A stretch of DNA of 64,000 bases from Vairimorpha necatrix (taxonomy: Eukaryota), in assembly GCA_036630325.1 (NCBI GenBank), contig CP142729.1, positions 868,001 to 932,000 on the forward strand, written 5' to 3'. Both the position numbers and the translations under genes were made by a program. Under the pieces are notes generated by a model. It saw only the letters and a program-made list of their open reading frames with translations, searched no databases and was not told the DNA's origin. Within the stretch, counting starts at the first letter, position 1. Every line of letters starts with the position of its first letter. Shown piece by piece: positions 13,057-25,188 of this stretch.

Positions 13057-13766
13057 ATATCAACCCCGTTTTTAAAATAAGACGCACACCTTATTCTTTT
13101 AAAGTTAGCCATTTCAAAATCAGTTTTATGAGGAATTTTTTTTCAAATTTTCTTTATACATTGCGGGCTTTTTCTCATACGGTTTCTTGAATAGATAAAC
13201 TACTTTCTCTGACACACTTGTTTATTCATAAGAGTATACAAGTTTAATAAACACAAAACTATTAAAGGACCGCAGTAATTTGATCTCGTTCTTCATATAT
13301 CCTACAATAATCTTCCCCTTAACTACGAGCACTTTTAATTAGTGGCTAAAGAGCTGTGTACCTATGATAACAGAACTTTTACTTTTAGGTTGATTCTTAG
13401 TAGTATGCTATTTTCAAACACACTTATTTGACATTTTGTTTATGAAAGTAAATAATTGCTGCGGGTATTTTTTCACAAACATTTTACTTTATAAGTTTTT
13501 TTTATTTTTGGTAAAATATTTAATTTTATTCTGATTGTTCTCTTCAAAACAAAGTACGTAAAATGAAACTGAAAAAGTTACTGAAAGAAAAACACGCGAT
13601 CGGGAGAAAAATGGGGCTATTTATTGGCTTAAGATTCCTATGAAGTAAAAATATGCCGTTTCATATAAACTTTTGTATGTTGACTACACAATGCGCATTT
13701 AAACGTGATTTTTTTTATTTTGAAAATAATTTTTTTTTCCAGAGAATCATATTATTCAAACAATAA

Positions 13767-13870
13767 GTTCCCGTAGCTCAGCGGTTGAGAGCGTGGTACT
13801 TATATGCTTAAAAGCTGTACTGATTGGCTAAGACATGCCAAGGTCGTGGGTTCGATCCCCACCGGGAGCA
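13767..13870 (+). tRNA. tRNA-Ile: tRNA-Ile(UAU) with 30-nt intron (13805-13834)
   Basis: Acceptor stem GTTCCCG/CGGGAGC, anticodon stem TGGTA/TGCCA, anticodon TAT at 13801-13803, intron after position 37, T-arm GTGGGTTCGATCCCCAC, T8 terminator directly downstream. Confidence 0.95.
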
Positions 13871-14050
13871 ATTTTTTTTAAATAGTACGAGCAGGTAAAG
13901 CATCTGCAACATGATTTCTCGATTCTTATTATAATGAACAATTTACTATTTACGTTTTTTAATTGAATAGCAAAGCTGCAAAATTTGTATCTAGCAAAAA
14001 AGTAAAAATCCTGTTAGATGCGGCCCACGCCATATTTATGTAATATAAAA

Positions 14051-14145
14051 GGTACCCAGTTTTATCATCCCGGGCATAGGGGGCAAAAAATAAGAAAACT
14101 CTTTTTTTTATTTTTTTAGCCCCTATGCCCGGGACGAAACAGATC
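14051..14145. repeat. ~95-bp hairpin; possible Merlin-derived MITE or isolated Merlin end
   Basis: Inverted repeat TCCCGGGCATAGGGG (14068-14082) / CCCCTATGCCCGGGA (14120-14134), with A-rich and T-rich inner arms. Starts with GG. Confidence 0.5.
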
Positions 14146-14180
14146 ATTAAAAACAAAAGGAATAAGGACCAAATAATAGA

Positions 14181-14961
14181 TTTTTTTCTTGTAAGTAAGA
14201 AGTAGGAAGAACCCTTACATAGGGACCAGAGGGATTTAGGTGTTATCCTCATCCAACTAGTACTATGAGATTTTTACTCACTAAAACTCCCTCCATACAA
14301 CTTGCCGGTGCAGCAAGCTTCGCCGTATCCATTACACTTTGGTTCAGGAGAACACTTTCCATTTATACCTCAAATCGCGTCCAGAATGACCTCACAGCGG
14401 ATATACTTAACGGGCATGGTTATCTATAATCCGAGGAGAGACATCATCGTACTGACTCAAAGGTCCCTACAATCATCTGTATTGCACACACGGCTCCTTA
14501 CACGATCACATGACCAGCCCGGCGTTTTTATTGGGCTGCGTTGACCACCAGTCTCCCACTAGTTTCGGCCACCGTGTTACAGAATCATGTAGGATGGGGT
14601 CCACGAGACCTTCTATTGCACTACTTCGTCTGGTCTCTTAGTTAGCTCTAGGATCCCACTCTAGAGTGCACAAGCCATGGGCTCCAACTAGGCCGTACCC
14701 ATTAGATACTTTTATGTATCATTAAGTCACCACAAGGGTGATGCTGTTTTTTGGCTTTGAGGTGCGTTTCTACACTAGATGCTAATCCCTTTGTGGCTGG
14801 ACACGCTCGAATTTTAATGATTCAACTTAAATATTTTCGAACATTTTCATGGCCCGAATTGTTCCAATTACATTATAAAAGTTGATACAATTTGACCTTC
14901 TGAAATTCGAACCCAGCAAAGCTCAATGAAAGCATCGACTTCAAACACTTTGCTAGGGGCC
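14181..14961 (-). mobile_element. SINE copy A
   Basis: Reverse complement of copy 1. The 3' two-thirds is very similar to copy 1; the head is more decayed. T-run at 14181-14187. Confidence 0.85.
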
Positions 14962-14989
14962 TTTTTAACTATTTCGTATAAGAACTGGT

Positions 14990-16264
14990 TACTTTAGAAA
15001 TTTTATAATCTACAATTCTTAAGTATTTCAGAGGCAATTTACAATAATTTATACAGTAGCTCCTGTTGAACCGATTTCTGAAATGGTTAATAGCTATTGT
15101 TTCATTATTTTCCACCCCCCCCCCCACTGTCAAATCTGTAGGTAGATAGAAGAAGGGATAGGCGATAACATTTCAAATAAAAATATAAGTGCATACTCAT
15201 GCTTCCCTTCCTCAGTCATCACTCTTCCTACAATGTAAAGTATATATGGATCATAGACTTCGCTTTAAAGATCTTAATTACAATACTCTAATTCCTTCAA
15301 AATGCTCTTTAAAGAGAGTTTGATGACAACTGTCTCGTTATGACATTTGTAAATATTTTTTATTGCGTCATTATTTTTTTCAAAAAATTGAGCCAGTTGT
15401 AAGATCTAGCAGCGAGAAGATTCTGCTTGCTGGGAACCATAAATTTATTTGTGATCTTTGAACACTATTCTGTGTTCTCGTCGATCTCTTAGATATGCGC
15501 CATCTGGAGGTTGACATCGTCGTTTAATCAATCAAACTTTACGAATGATTCTAAAAATTTGAAAACTCCAAGCGCATCTATAAATTTTCTCTCCTTTTTG
15601 TAACAGATCCCTATTCTGTACATAATTTCAAAACTTTCTGGAGTCTCACAACGGCAGATAGAATTAGGATAAACCACTCCGGGACAAAACAAAGTTTTTT
15701 TTAAAGATCGTAAATTAATCCTAGACCGTAGAAGAGGAATACATCATATGACGATGTATTTAAATACGATAAAAAATTATCGTAGGCTTCTACGTCCTGA
15801 CCCGTCTTTAACAAAATATGCCCTTCTAAAATAGTGGCACATATTTGTTTCGGGTCCACGGATCTAATTTTATCTACTATCTCTTTTGGTTAATTCTAAA
15901 TTGTCCTGTTGCAAGAAGCATTTCCCAAAAACGTAGAGAGGATTTATGTTCTTGGGATTGACCAATAATGCTTCATTACAACATTTAGTGGACTCCCGTA
16001 TATTAAGATATATCTTGTTTTTTTTTGGATTTGAACCTTCTTACTTTTTTCAAGGTTTTCGAATGCCATTTCCATTTGTAAGTAATTGGCTTGCTTCGTA
16101 GTACAAAGCCTGTGTTAAAGGCGTCTTTATATACATTTGGTACTTATTAACCAGTACTTTATTTGGTAATATTCTTTTTGGGCATTTTAGTTCAATTATT
16201 GTAATTTGTCCTTTTCCAATCGAAAAGCAGGGGCTAAAAAAAATTTATCTTTTAGAAAGTTCAT
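14990..16264 (-). pseudogene. TPR-repeat protein pseudogene, copy A (Ssn6/Cyc8-like)
   Basis: Homologous to 29373-30892. Shares an internal deletion with copy D. Stops and frameshifts. Confidence 0.65.
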
Positions 16265-19200
16265 TGATGTGTTTGACAGATCAAAAGTATTATGCTTTTC
16301 TCAAAAAATCTTTCAAAGATGTCGGTTAAATTATCTAAATAGAAACAACGTAGGATTCCACATATTTTTTGTATATATTCAACAAGTCGCTAGTCTATCC
16401 AATTGAAAGATACATGAGAAAAACCAATTGATTTTGGGAACAAAAATCTGATATAAAAAAATCAAGTATGCAAAAATAAACTTGTTTAAAATTTATTTTA
16501 TAAATTTTATTATAAAGTCATCTAAAAATTTACATCTATTCATATTGTATTTTCTTTTTGTAAAAACCATACATTCATATTTTAAATTTCTCCTGTCTGA
16601 GTGCGACTCTCTAAAACATATGAACAAATAAACATAAAACTCGTTTTTAGTAATGTTAATTTTTGTCAAATTTCAAATAAAATTCTTTTATTAAGAGGGT
16701 ATTATTCAATGGGTATGTCTAAGGAGAAAAGGTAAATAATCAATATGTTGAAGTTTAAACAAATTGCTTTTTCTTTGTACTTTAATTTTATAGAATCAAT
16801 AATATAATTACTAACAATAATTCCCTTTATTTTAACAAAAGCTTCAAGCACATTGAATTTTTATCAATATAAGTAAATGATCAGGGCGGTTTTTATGTAT
16901 GTGGTATGTACTCTTCTGGAATATTTATTCTTAATTATTGTACCCCTTAATTTATGATAAATGTTTACAGACAATAATTTGGCGACAACGAATGGAAATT
17001 TGTTTGGGATAAAGTTTTATGAGAGGACAGAAGATGATCCTGATACTTTTTTGAAGACTTTAAGATGTTATGCAGGGGCATAATAAGTAGAGAAGTCAGC
17101 TCTTATTTGGGTTTTGGGGGCTGCCCTAAAAGGGGAAGCGGAACTATGGGTTAAGACAGTTTCATTTGAGTGTTTATTTGAGGAGCTTCTTAGTTAATTT
17201 TTTGTGAGATTTAAGTGAAACGTCGGCGTGAGATCAATTAAGGAAATGGTTTGGACAAAATTTCAAATAGGGTCTATTATGAGTTATTTGGACAAGATGA
17301 ATGGGTTGTCGCAACGTGCCGGAACACTAGGGGATGTTCTGGGAACGTTTGTGATCAACGGATTACTAGATAATATAGGAAATATGATCATGTTAAATTT
17401 TCCGAAAAGTTGTCGTGGTCGTACATATATAATATTTGTAGTGGGATACAGTGGCAGAAGATAAAAGCTGAGGGTACCTCACCCAATGTCTACAAGTTGA
17501 TGCAGTTAAGAATGCAAAGTTTGCGTCTAAATTATGATATATAGGGACGCCAGAGACGGGAAGGTAAGATGTTTCTATTACGGTAAGTTGGGTCATTTCA
17601 AGAGACAATGTTTTAATCTGCAGAAGAAAATTGCATCCATTATGGAATCTGGCACGAAGAGGAATGAGGAAAAGGAAGCGGAAGATAGTTTTAATAAAAG
17701 CAATATAGTTTATGCTACTTCTATGAAAGCTGATGTGTTTGCATTAGACTCGTTCCCGATAGTTCATATAAAAGGGAGAAAACAGTTATAAAGCATTGTT
17801 AGATTCGGGTTCTGCGGTAAATGTAATTTGTAGAGAAAAATACAAGAAAAAATTAACTTTATGGGTACTGATGTGGTTTTAAAGTCGGCAGGAGAAGATA
17901 AAATGGGTGTTTTAAAAAATGTTAGGTTGTCCTTCTGGTGGAATGATACATAGTTTACTTAAGAATTTATTGTTGTTACTAAAATGGGTTATGGAATAAT
18001 TTTGGAAAGACCGTTTTGAAGAAGGAAAAACTGACATTATCATGGAAGGAGGGATTTGAGGTCTTCAGTATTGATGTGTGTATAAATAAGTTAGGAGAAC
18101 ATTAATTAACACAGGAAATGTTGCTCCAGTTGTGACGCCGATATATAGGAATTGTATGTCATTAGAGGATTATATTAAGAAGAAAATTGAAGAGTATTTA
18201 AAACAGGGAATTATTAAACCCTCTAAGAGTTCATGGATGAGTCCGGTGGTAATGATTTAGAAGAAAGAAGTGGGTTGGAGAATGTGTATAGATTATAGGA
18301 GATTTAATGATGTTACAGTGTCAGACACTTATCTCATGCCAAGGATCGATGAGTTGATAGATCAGTAAACGAAGCTCGGTTTTTTGCAAAGTTGGATGCT
18401 TTATTGGGGTATCATCAAATTAAAATGAGTGAGAAAGATGTTGAGAATACGGCATTAATGTAGAGAAGGTTATTTAAAGTTTTTAAGAATGCCATTTAGA
18501 TTAAAATTGGGCCGGCAACATTCCAGCGAGCAATGAATAATGTATTAAGAAAATTTATTGGTAAATGTGTGATTGTGTACATGGATGATATTTTAATTTA
18601 CATTCAGAATAAGGAAGAGCACTTAGTGCATTGAAAGGAAGTGTTAACATTATTAGATGAGGCTGAATTGAATTTAAATGCGTCAAAATGTGAATACAGA
18701 AAATAAGAGCTAAAGATTGTGGGAGTAACAGTGGGAAGAATGGGATTAGAATTAATGATGATAGGATTAAGAAAATTGTAGATATGCCTCTGCCCACGTC
18801 AAGGAAAAATTTGGAATCGTTTTTGGGATTAATTAATGCGTCAATTTTTGAGAAATGTATTTGAGCACAGAGTATTTATATGGTTACTGAAGAGGGGAAA
18901 TGAAGGGAAGTTTAAGACGATTGAGTATGATGAGAAATACAAGAGATCAATAGAAGCAGCGAAGTTGGAAGTTGGGGAAACAATATGTTGGAGTTGGCCA
19001 GAAGGAGAGGGGAATTCATTTTAGACACGGACGCTCTGGTGTAAGGGAGAAAGGCGATTTTATCACAGATACAGGATGGAGAAGAGAAAATTGTATTAGG
19101 TTTTTTAGTAAGGTTCATTCAAAACCGGAAAGGAACTATTCTGCTCTAGAAAAGAATTGTTGGCTGTAAATAAGGCATTAACAGATTTAACACCGCATTT

Positions 19201-20098
19201 ATTTGGGAAAGTTTGAGCTACGAACGAATCAACAAGGATTGTTTCGGTTGTTTTCGTCCCGAAATATGAAGGGAAGATTATCATGATGGTCATTATTATT
19301 ACAAGAATATGATTTTGGAATAAAACACATTATAGTGGAGAAAATCCAGCGGATGTATAAAGTAGAACTGCTTGTGTTGATGCAGTATTAGAGGATAAGG
19401 AAGTGTCAGTGGAAGAGGTTCTTAAGAAACATGAGATGTTAGCACATGGTTCAGCAAAGACGCTTGTTATGTTTTGAAAGGTGATCAAAGAGAGGTAGCA
19501 GAAACCCAGGTTCGAGATATACTTAAGAATTATAAGATTTGTCATTAGATAAGCGTTCTGAAGTTTAAAAAGTCAAATTATAGTATTTAATCATTAGATT
19601 CTTTTAAATTCTGGGAGATTATATAGTTGGTCAATTAAGATTAAATTCAGAAGGAAACAAGTTTATTTTAACAATGATAGATCATTGGACAAATATGGCT
19701 GAGTGTGTAAGGGAGAAGTCGAAAGATATGGGAGTTATTGTTGAACCAATTGAACGATAGATATAGAAAAAATATGGCATACCTTAAAAGATTTTGTCGA
19801 GTAACGATAAGGAGTTCAAGAATAGAACGACGGAGGCACGGGCCAATAAGCATGGATTTAAATGGGTTTTTATATCCTTATTCTCTGAGAACTACAGGTT
19901 TGGTAGAGACATTTAATGGTACGTTTTTAGGAAGTTGAGGAAATTGTGTAGATTCGGTTCGTTTGATTAGAAAGCAGCTAGAAAAAGCAAGACATTGATA
20001 TTTAAGTTCATATCATAGGATCATAAAGTGTACACCATTAGAAAAAAGCATGATGAAACAGGAAGAGAACTTGCTGGTGCAATCGAAGGCAAACAAAA

Positions 20099-23000
20099 TG
20101 ATGTATCCCACTCTGAAATACGTCTCCAAAATACTTTTATTAAAATTCAGTTTATTATTAATATTTTTATTGTTTAATCCAGGTCTGTCCCCGGTCGTTG
20201 TTCGGTCTGTTTCCTTAATTCTTTGTTGGTTGTGTTTCATCTTGTATTGTGTGAGTCAGGGGCAATTTTTATTTATAGCTTTTATTGTTTATTTGGTACC
20301 CAAACAAACAAACAAACAAACAAAACAAAATTAATAAATGTGTGGATCTTTAAGCAAGGATACCACAACCTGCCCTCTCCATTTTCAGGCCTGCAAATCA
20401 GTTGGTGTCGTTTTTATATTGTCAACATGTATCCACTCCTTCCTTTCGTTAATTTTTATCCAATTCTTTTTCTTACTCACTTCTGTAACCATGTAAGGCC
20501 CAACGTAACAATCGTCAATCTTATTGCCTGTAAAATTCTCGACAAGCATGGTATCTCCAACCTCTAAGGTGTTGTGCTCTTTGCTACTGATATTTTCGGC
20601 CGCTCTGTCGCCTTTCTCGTCCGACCTTATTGTTATTTTAGGTTTATGATCTTTAGTTATTCTGTCCATGTCTAAGGCTGAATATCCTTTTAACACTGCA
20701 TATGGTTGTTCTTGAATTCCCCTATGAAAATTTATATTTAGTCGTCTCATAATTAATTTTGTGACCAAATTTATTTCTTCGCCTTTATACATTCTGAGAA
20801 CTTCGGCTATGGTCTGATTAAGCCTCTCGCTTATTCCGTTGGACGAAGGGTGATATGCTGGCGTCGCTATTTTCTTGATATTATTTTTTGTTAAGAATCG
20901 ATCAAATTCCGCACTTGTATACTGCTTAACGTTATCGCAGATTAATGTTTGCGGGTAACCAAATTCCGTAAACCATTTCTCAAACTCTCTCGTCAGTTCT
21001 TTAGTGGTTGATTTCTCCAATAGTGTTACTCGCGTGTATCTACTGTATATATCTGTTATTGTCAGAAAGAATCCCCGTGTACTAAGTAACGAATTTTCGT
21101 ACTCTGCCAACTCGAAGGGACCAAAAATGTCTGTGCTAATCTTATCCATCAGCTTATCTGACTCAATTTTATACTTCTTCTTTTTTCTTGTTTTCATCCT
21201 TTTGCATATTATGCAAGTTTTACAATTTTTAACTGTCTCTGAAATCTTTCGTTTAATGTCTTTTATGTTATAGATATTTCTGATGTTCTGATACATTACG
21301 GTTACTCCGGGATGAACAGTAAATTCATATATTATCTTCAGAAATTCCTTAACGTTGTTGTCTTGTATTATATATCGATTATTCTCGTCTTTTAATTGTT
21401 TTCCATTTTCTTGTACTACCAACTTTTTCCTTATATATTTTTTTAGATCTTCTATGTCCTCGAATTTATCTATCATATAACAACGTGATAGTTTATCGGC
21501 TATGTGATTAGATGTTCCTTCAATCGTGGTCAGTTCTACATCGTATTCGTTTAGAATCAATTTCCATCGTTCGGTTCTTTTTGAAATTTCCTTATTTTCA
21601 AATATGCAATTTCTACTATCAGTCTGAATTTCTATCTTGTATCCTCGTATTAATGTTCTGTAAAATTCCAATGTTTTAACGATGGCAAACATTTCTTTCT
21701 CTACAATCGTATAATTAAGCTCAGACTGCGAAAATTTTCTGCTATAATAGCCTATTACGCCGCGTTCTTGGAATAAGACTGCTCCCATCCCGTTATTTGA
21801 CGCATCGCATTGTATTGAGAACTTTTTGCTAAAGTCGGGCAGTCTTAGCTGTGCTGTAGTTTTGATCTCTTCTTTTATCTCTTTTAACGCCAAGTTTTGG
21901 GCGTCTCCCCATTTCTCTTTGCAATCATTTTTCAATAGGCGCGATATACAAGAGACTCGCCTACTTACATCTGGTAAGAAATTGCGATACCAGGTAATTA
22001 TTCCCATTATCTTCTGTATATCCTTTTTCCTGCATGGGATTGACTCTTCGTTTAATAGCTTATCGATATTTTTAGTATCTATTCTGATCCTGTCGTTTTC
22101 AATCACGTTTCCAAGTATTTCTAGTCTCTTGGTCGCAAACATGCTTTTTTCAAAATTTATTTTAACTCTGTAGTCCATTAGTCGGTTTAATACCTCTAGT
22201 AATTTCTCATTATGTTCTTCAGGAGTTGACCCATATATCACTATGTCGTCTATATAAACGATTATATTTTTGATTCCGTGTAATATATAATTAATCGTCT
22301 TTTGGAATAATTTGGGTCCTGATTTTATTCCAAATGGTATTCGTTTATATCTGTATTGTTCTCCAAAAATCGTAAAGCTTGTAATGTCTCTGCTACCCTC
22401 TTCAAGTTCTAGTTGGTTAAACCCGTTTTTTAAATCAATTTTGCTGTAATAAGTGTTTCCTCCAAGTTTATATAAACTTTCATAAATTTTTGGTATTATA
22501 CATATTTCATCTTTTATAAATTTGTTAACTGTACGATAATCAACTACTAACCTCAGTTCCTTATTTTTCTTTTCGATAAAAAATGAAGGGCTAGCATAAT
22601 AGTTTCTACCTCGTTCAATGATATCGTTGGTCAGTAACCTTGATATTTCCTTTCTAGCATCAGCCTCGTACTTTACTGGTACGGTATAGTATTTAAGTTC
22701 CAGTCTATGGTCTCTAATTTTTTCATCAATATAAAGGCTTAGCGGTTCTACCTTAATTTTATCGTGTTCTTCATTCTTTTTTATATATTCGGTCAATCTA
22801 CGTGGTATGTTCGTTTCATTTAAAATTTTCGGTTCTTTTATTAATAAAATTCTGTCATATAGTATAGCATCTATTTCTATCTCTTCTGCGCCGATCATTG
22901 GTAAAATAGCGTTGTTTACAATGATTCTTTTGTTTTTATAGTCAAGTAACCAGCCGTTGTTTAGTAAAAAATCACTTCCTAAGATCATTTTTTCTGGCAA

Positions 23001-24345
23001 ATTCTTGAGAATATGTACATCTTCATAAGTCACTTTATTTAGTCCCGCGAGTCTTATTTCCACTCTGGCTTTTTTATTAGTCTTTCCTTTTGCTCCGTTC
23101 CCAAATATAAGTGATATTTCGTCAGTTTCTTGTGTCTTTATTTTTAACTTATCAGCTATTTCGGCACTCATAAAGCTCTTATTCGCTCCGCTATCGATCA
23201 TTATGTCAATTGGAGTTTCGTTGATGGATCCCCTTAATTGAGTCTTCTCAAAATTCTGAACCTTTTCCTTTATAAAGTACACGTTTCTATTGTCTTTATT
23301 ATCGTTATTTCTTTTGTAAAAATCCTTATCATATTTAGTGCATTCCTCAGTGGTGTGGTTAGAATATTTATGCAACTTGCAGTATTTGTCTTTTTTAAAT
23401 TCTGAATGGTTATTATGCATTGGTCTATTATCATTACTATTGATGCTACGAAATTCTCTAATCTCTTTAGCTCTTATCGAAATTTTTATTTCTAAGCCCT
23501 TTAAAAATTCAAATGAAGCTTGGTAACTACCGAAGCCATATTCCAGTACTCTTCCGTACGTGAACTTCCCCAAGCCGGCATGGAAAGCTTCCTCAAATAG
23601 TCTGTCAACCTCTTCATCCATTAGTTTTTCCATTGTCCTTACGATAGTTAGATTTTGTTTAATCGCGTCATAGTATTCTTGAATTTTCGTATAGTTTGTC
23701 TGGTGTATATTTAACAATTTTCTTCTGTAGTATCTTCGTTCCTCTAGAGGAAATTTAACCGAAATTAAATATTCCTTAATCTCATTCCATGTTTCATATT
23801 TATTGTAGTCCATAAGTTTATCGTCTTTTATCAGTTGTCTTAATATTGCTAACTGTATTCTTTTATCCCATTTGTTAACTTCTATTAATGTTTCAATTTC
23901 TTGGCACCATTTTAAGATGTCCAAACTGTCGATGTCTTCTATAATTTTTATTTCTTGGCTAAGTTTGTCTTCTAGTCCTTCTATCTTCATTGAGAAGGTT
24001 AGTGATTTAGTGTTAAATTGCTGTTCTTTTTTCTTCTTATCGTATTCTTTTGGGTTCTCGTCTTTTGAGCTCAAATTGATGTATCCCACTCTGAAATACG
24101 TCTCCAAAATACTTTTATTAAAATTCAGTTTATTATTAATATTTTTATTGTTTAATCCAGGTCTGTCCCCGGTCGTTGTTCGGTCTGTTTCCTTAATTCT
24201 TTGTTGGTTGTGTTTCATCTTGTATTGTGTGAGTCAGGGGCAATTTTTATTTATAGCTTTTATTGTTTATTTGGTACCCAAACAAACAAACAAACAAACA
24301 AAACAAAATTAATAAATGTGTGGATCTTTAAGCAAGGATACCACA
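20099..24345 (-). mobile_element. Young, intact Ty3/gypsy LTR retrotransposon B
   Basis: 269-bp LTRs (20099-20367, 24077-24345), identical by eye, with TG...CA ends. TSD CAAAA. PPT AAATGGAGAGGGCAGGT. No TGG-type PBS. Confidence 0.97.
20385..24218 (-). CDS. Gag-Pol polyprotein (Gag, PR, RT, RNase H, IN), 1277 aa, single ORF
   Basis: CKLHKYSNHTTEEC knuckle, IDSGA protease, YIDD RT, CDAS RNase H, HPG..CKTC plus DDE integrase. PR-RT-RH-IN order is gypsy-type. Confidence 0.95.
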   Translation of the reverse strand: MKHNQQRIKETDRTTTGDRPGLNNKNINNKLNFNKSILETYFRVGYINLSSKDENPKEYDKKKKEQQFNTKSLTFSMKIEGLEDKLSQEIKIIEDIDSLDILKWCQEIETLIEVNKWDKRIQLAILRQLIKDDKLMDYNKYETWNEIKEYLISVKFPLEERRYYRRKLLNIHQTNYTKIQEYYDAIKQNLTIVRTMEKLMDEEVDRLFEEAFHAGLGKFTYGRVLEYGFGSYQASFEFLKGLEIKISIRAKEIREFRSINSNDNRPMHNNHSEFKKDKYCKLHKYSNHTTEECTKYDKDFYKRNNDNKDNRNVYFIKEKVQNFEKTQLRGSINETPIDIMIDSGANKSFMSAEIADKLKIKTQETDEISLIFGNGAKGKTNKKARVEIRLAGLNKVTYEDVHILKNLPEKMILGSDFLLNNGWLLDYKNKRIIVNNAILPMIGAEEIEIDAILYDRILLIKEPKILNETNIPRRLTEYIKKNEEHDKIKVEPLSLYIDEKIRDHRLELKYYTVPVKYEADARKEISRLLTNDIIERGRNYYASPSFFIEKKNKELRLVVDYRTVNKFIKDEICIIPKIYESLYKLGGNTYYSKIDLKNGFNQLELEEGSRDITSFTIFGEQYRYKRIPFGIKSGPKLFQKTINYILHGIKNIIVYIDDIVIYGSTPEEHNEKLLEVLNRLMDYRVKINFEKSMFATKRLEILGNVIENDRIRIDTKNIDKLLNEESIPCRKKDIQKIMGIITWYRNFLPDVSRRVSCISRLLKNDCKEKWGDAQNLALKEIKEEIKTTAQLRLPDFSKKFSIQCDASNNGMGAVLFQERGVIGYYSRKFSQSELNYTIVEKEMFAIVKTLEFYRTLIRGYKIEIQTDSRNCIFENKEISKRTERWKLILNEYDVELTTIEGTSNHIADKLSRCYMIDKFEDIEDLKKYIRKKLVVQENGKQLKDENNRYIIQDNNVKEFLKIIYEFTVHPGVTVMYQNIRNIYNIKDIKRKISETVKNCKTCIICKRMKTRKKKKYKIESDKLMDKISTDIFGPFELAEYENSLLSTRGFFLTITDIYSRYTRVTLLEKSTTKELTREFEKWFTEFGYPQTLICDNVKQYTSAEFDRFLTKNNIKKIATPAYHPSSNGISERLNQTIAEVLRMYKGEEINLVTKLIMRRLNINFHRGIQEQPYAVLKGYSALDMDRITKDHKPKITIRSDEKGDRAAENISSKEHNTLEVGDTMLVENFTGNKIDDCYVGPYMVTEVSKKKNWIKINERKEWIHVDNIKTTPTDLQA

Positions 24346-25188
24346 CAAAACTTTAGCTAAAGAAAGCAGGTTTATGGATTGGTGTCTAAACTTAAGGTGG
24401 GGATTTTGTTGTGTTTAATGATAAGTCAGTAAGTAGGGATAAATAAGATCCAAAATATACTCGTAAGGGGGAAATTCTGGAGAAAATGTTTGAGTCAGCT
24501 AGACTGAAATTAAATGATGGAGGAGTAGTTGTTTCAAATAAAGACCGTTAGGATTTTTTTGTAAGAGGGAAAATGAAGTATGCACTCTTCTGTAATATTT
24601 ATTCCTTATTATTTATTTCCTCAATTTATAATAAATGTATACAGACAATAATGTAGACTTAAAATTTGATCTTTGTTCGTATAAATATTTGTTTTTTTTC
24701 CTTGCAAGTAAGGCGTAGGGATCATAGGTATTTGGGCGTGATCCTTATCCAACTGATGCAATAAGATTTTATCTCACTATAATTTACCAAAAAAGTTATC
24801 GGTGTAGGTTGCCACGCCGTATTCATGGATTTGGAACAAGAAAATATTTTTAAAATATACCTTAAATCGCGTCGAAAGTGATTTCACAGCAGATATACTT
24901 AACGGCCATGAGTTTATGAACCCGAGGAGAGATATAATTGTACCAATTAAAAGTCTTTACAATCATCTTTTTGCATATACGGCTCTATACACCGCCGCAT
25001 CAATGGCTCAGCATTTTTTATTGGACTGCGTTGACCAAAGTCTTCCACTAGTTTCTTCCAAAGTGTTACAAAAAATTGTATTATAAGGTTCACTAGACCT
25101 TATATTGCCCAATTTCATCTAATCCCTTGTAGCTCTAGATTTTTACTCTAGAGTGTATTGGCCATAAGTCCAAATAGATTGTACTTAT

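Larger units (their letters stand above)
16900..24650 (+). mobile_element. Old Ty3/gypsy element A with 77-bp LTRs; host of nested element B
   Basis: Diverged LTRs 16900-16976 and 24574-24650. TSD ATGTA, with an empty site visible at ~32645-32660. PBS TGGCGACAACG (tRNA-Ser-like), PPT AAGAGGGAAAA. Degenerate zinc knuckle, LDSGS, YMDD, RNase H and integrase motifs with many stops. Confidence 0.88.

Noticed and set aside
11412-14544. ORFs within SINE copies (MPVQQA..., MDLRCV..., also 45186-45664)
   Set aside because: Mostly antisense to the Pol III head, frames are not conserved among the seven copies, and there are no domains. They are by-products of higher GC content.
20050-24312. Plus-strand ORFs over element B (20050, 20223, 21004, 21826, 23338, 23872) and similar antisense ORFs over C, F and the Merlins
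   Set aside because: Antisense shadows of AT-rich coding sequence, without independent features.
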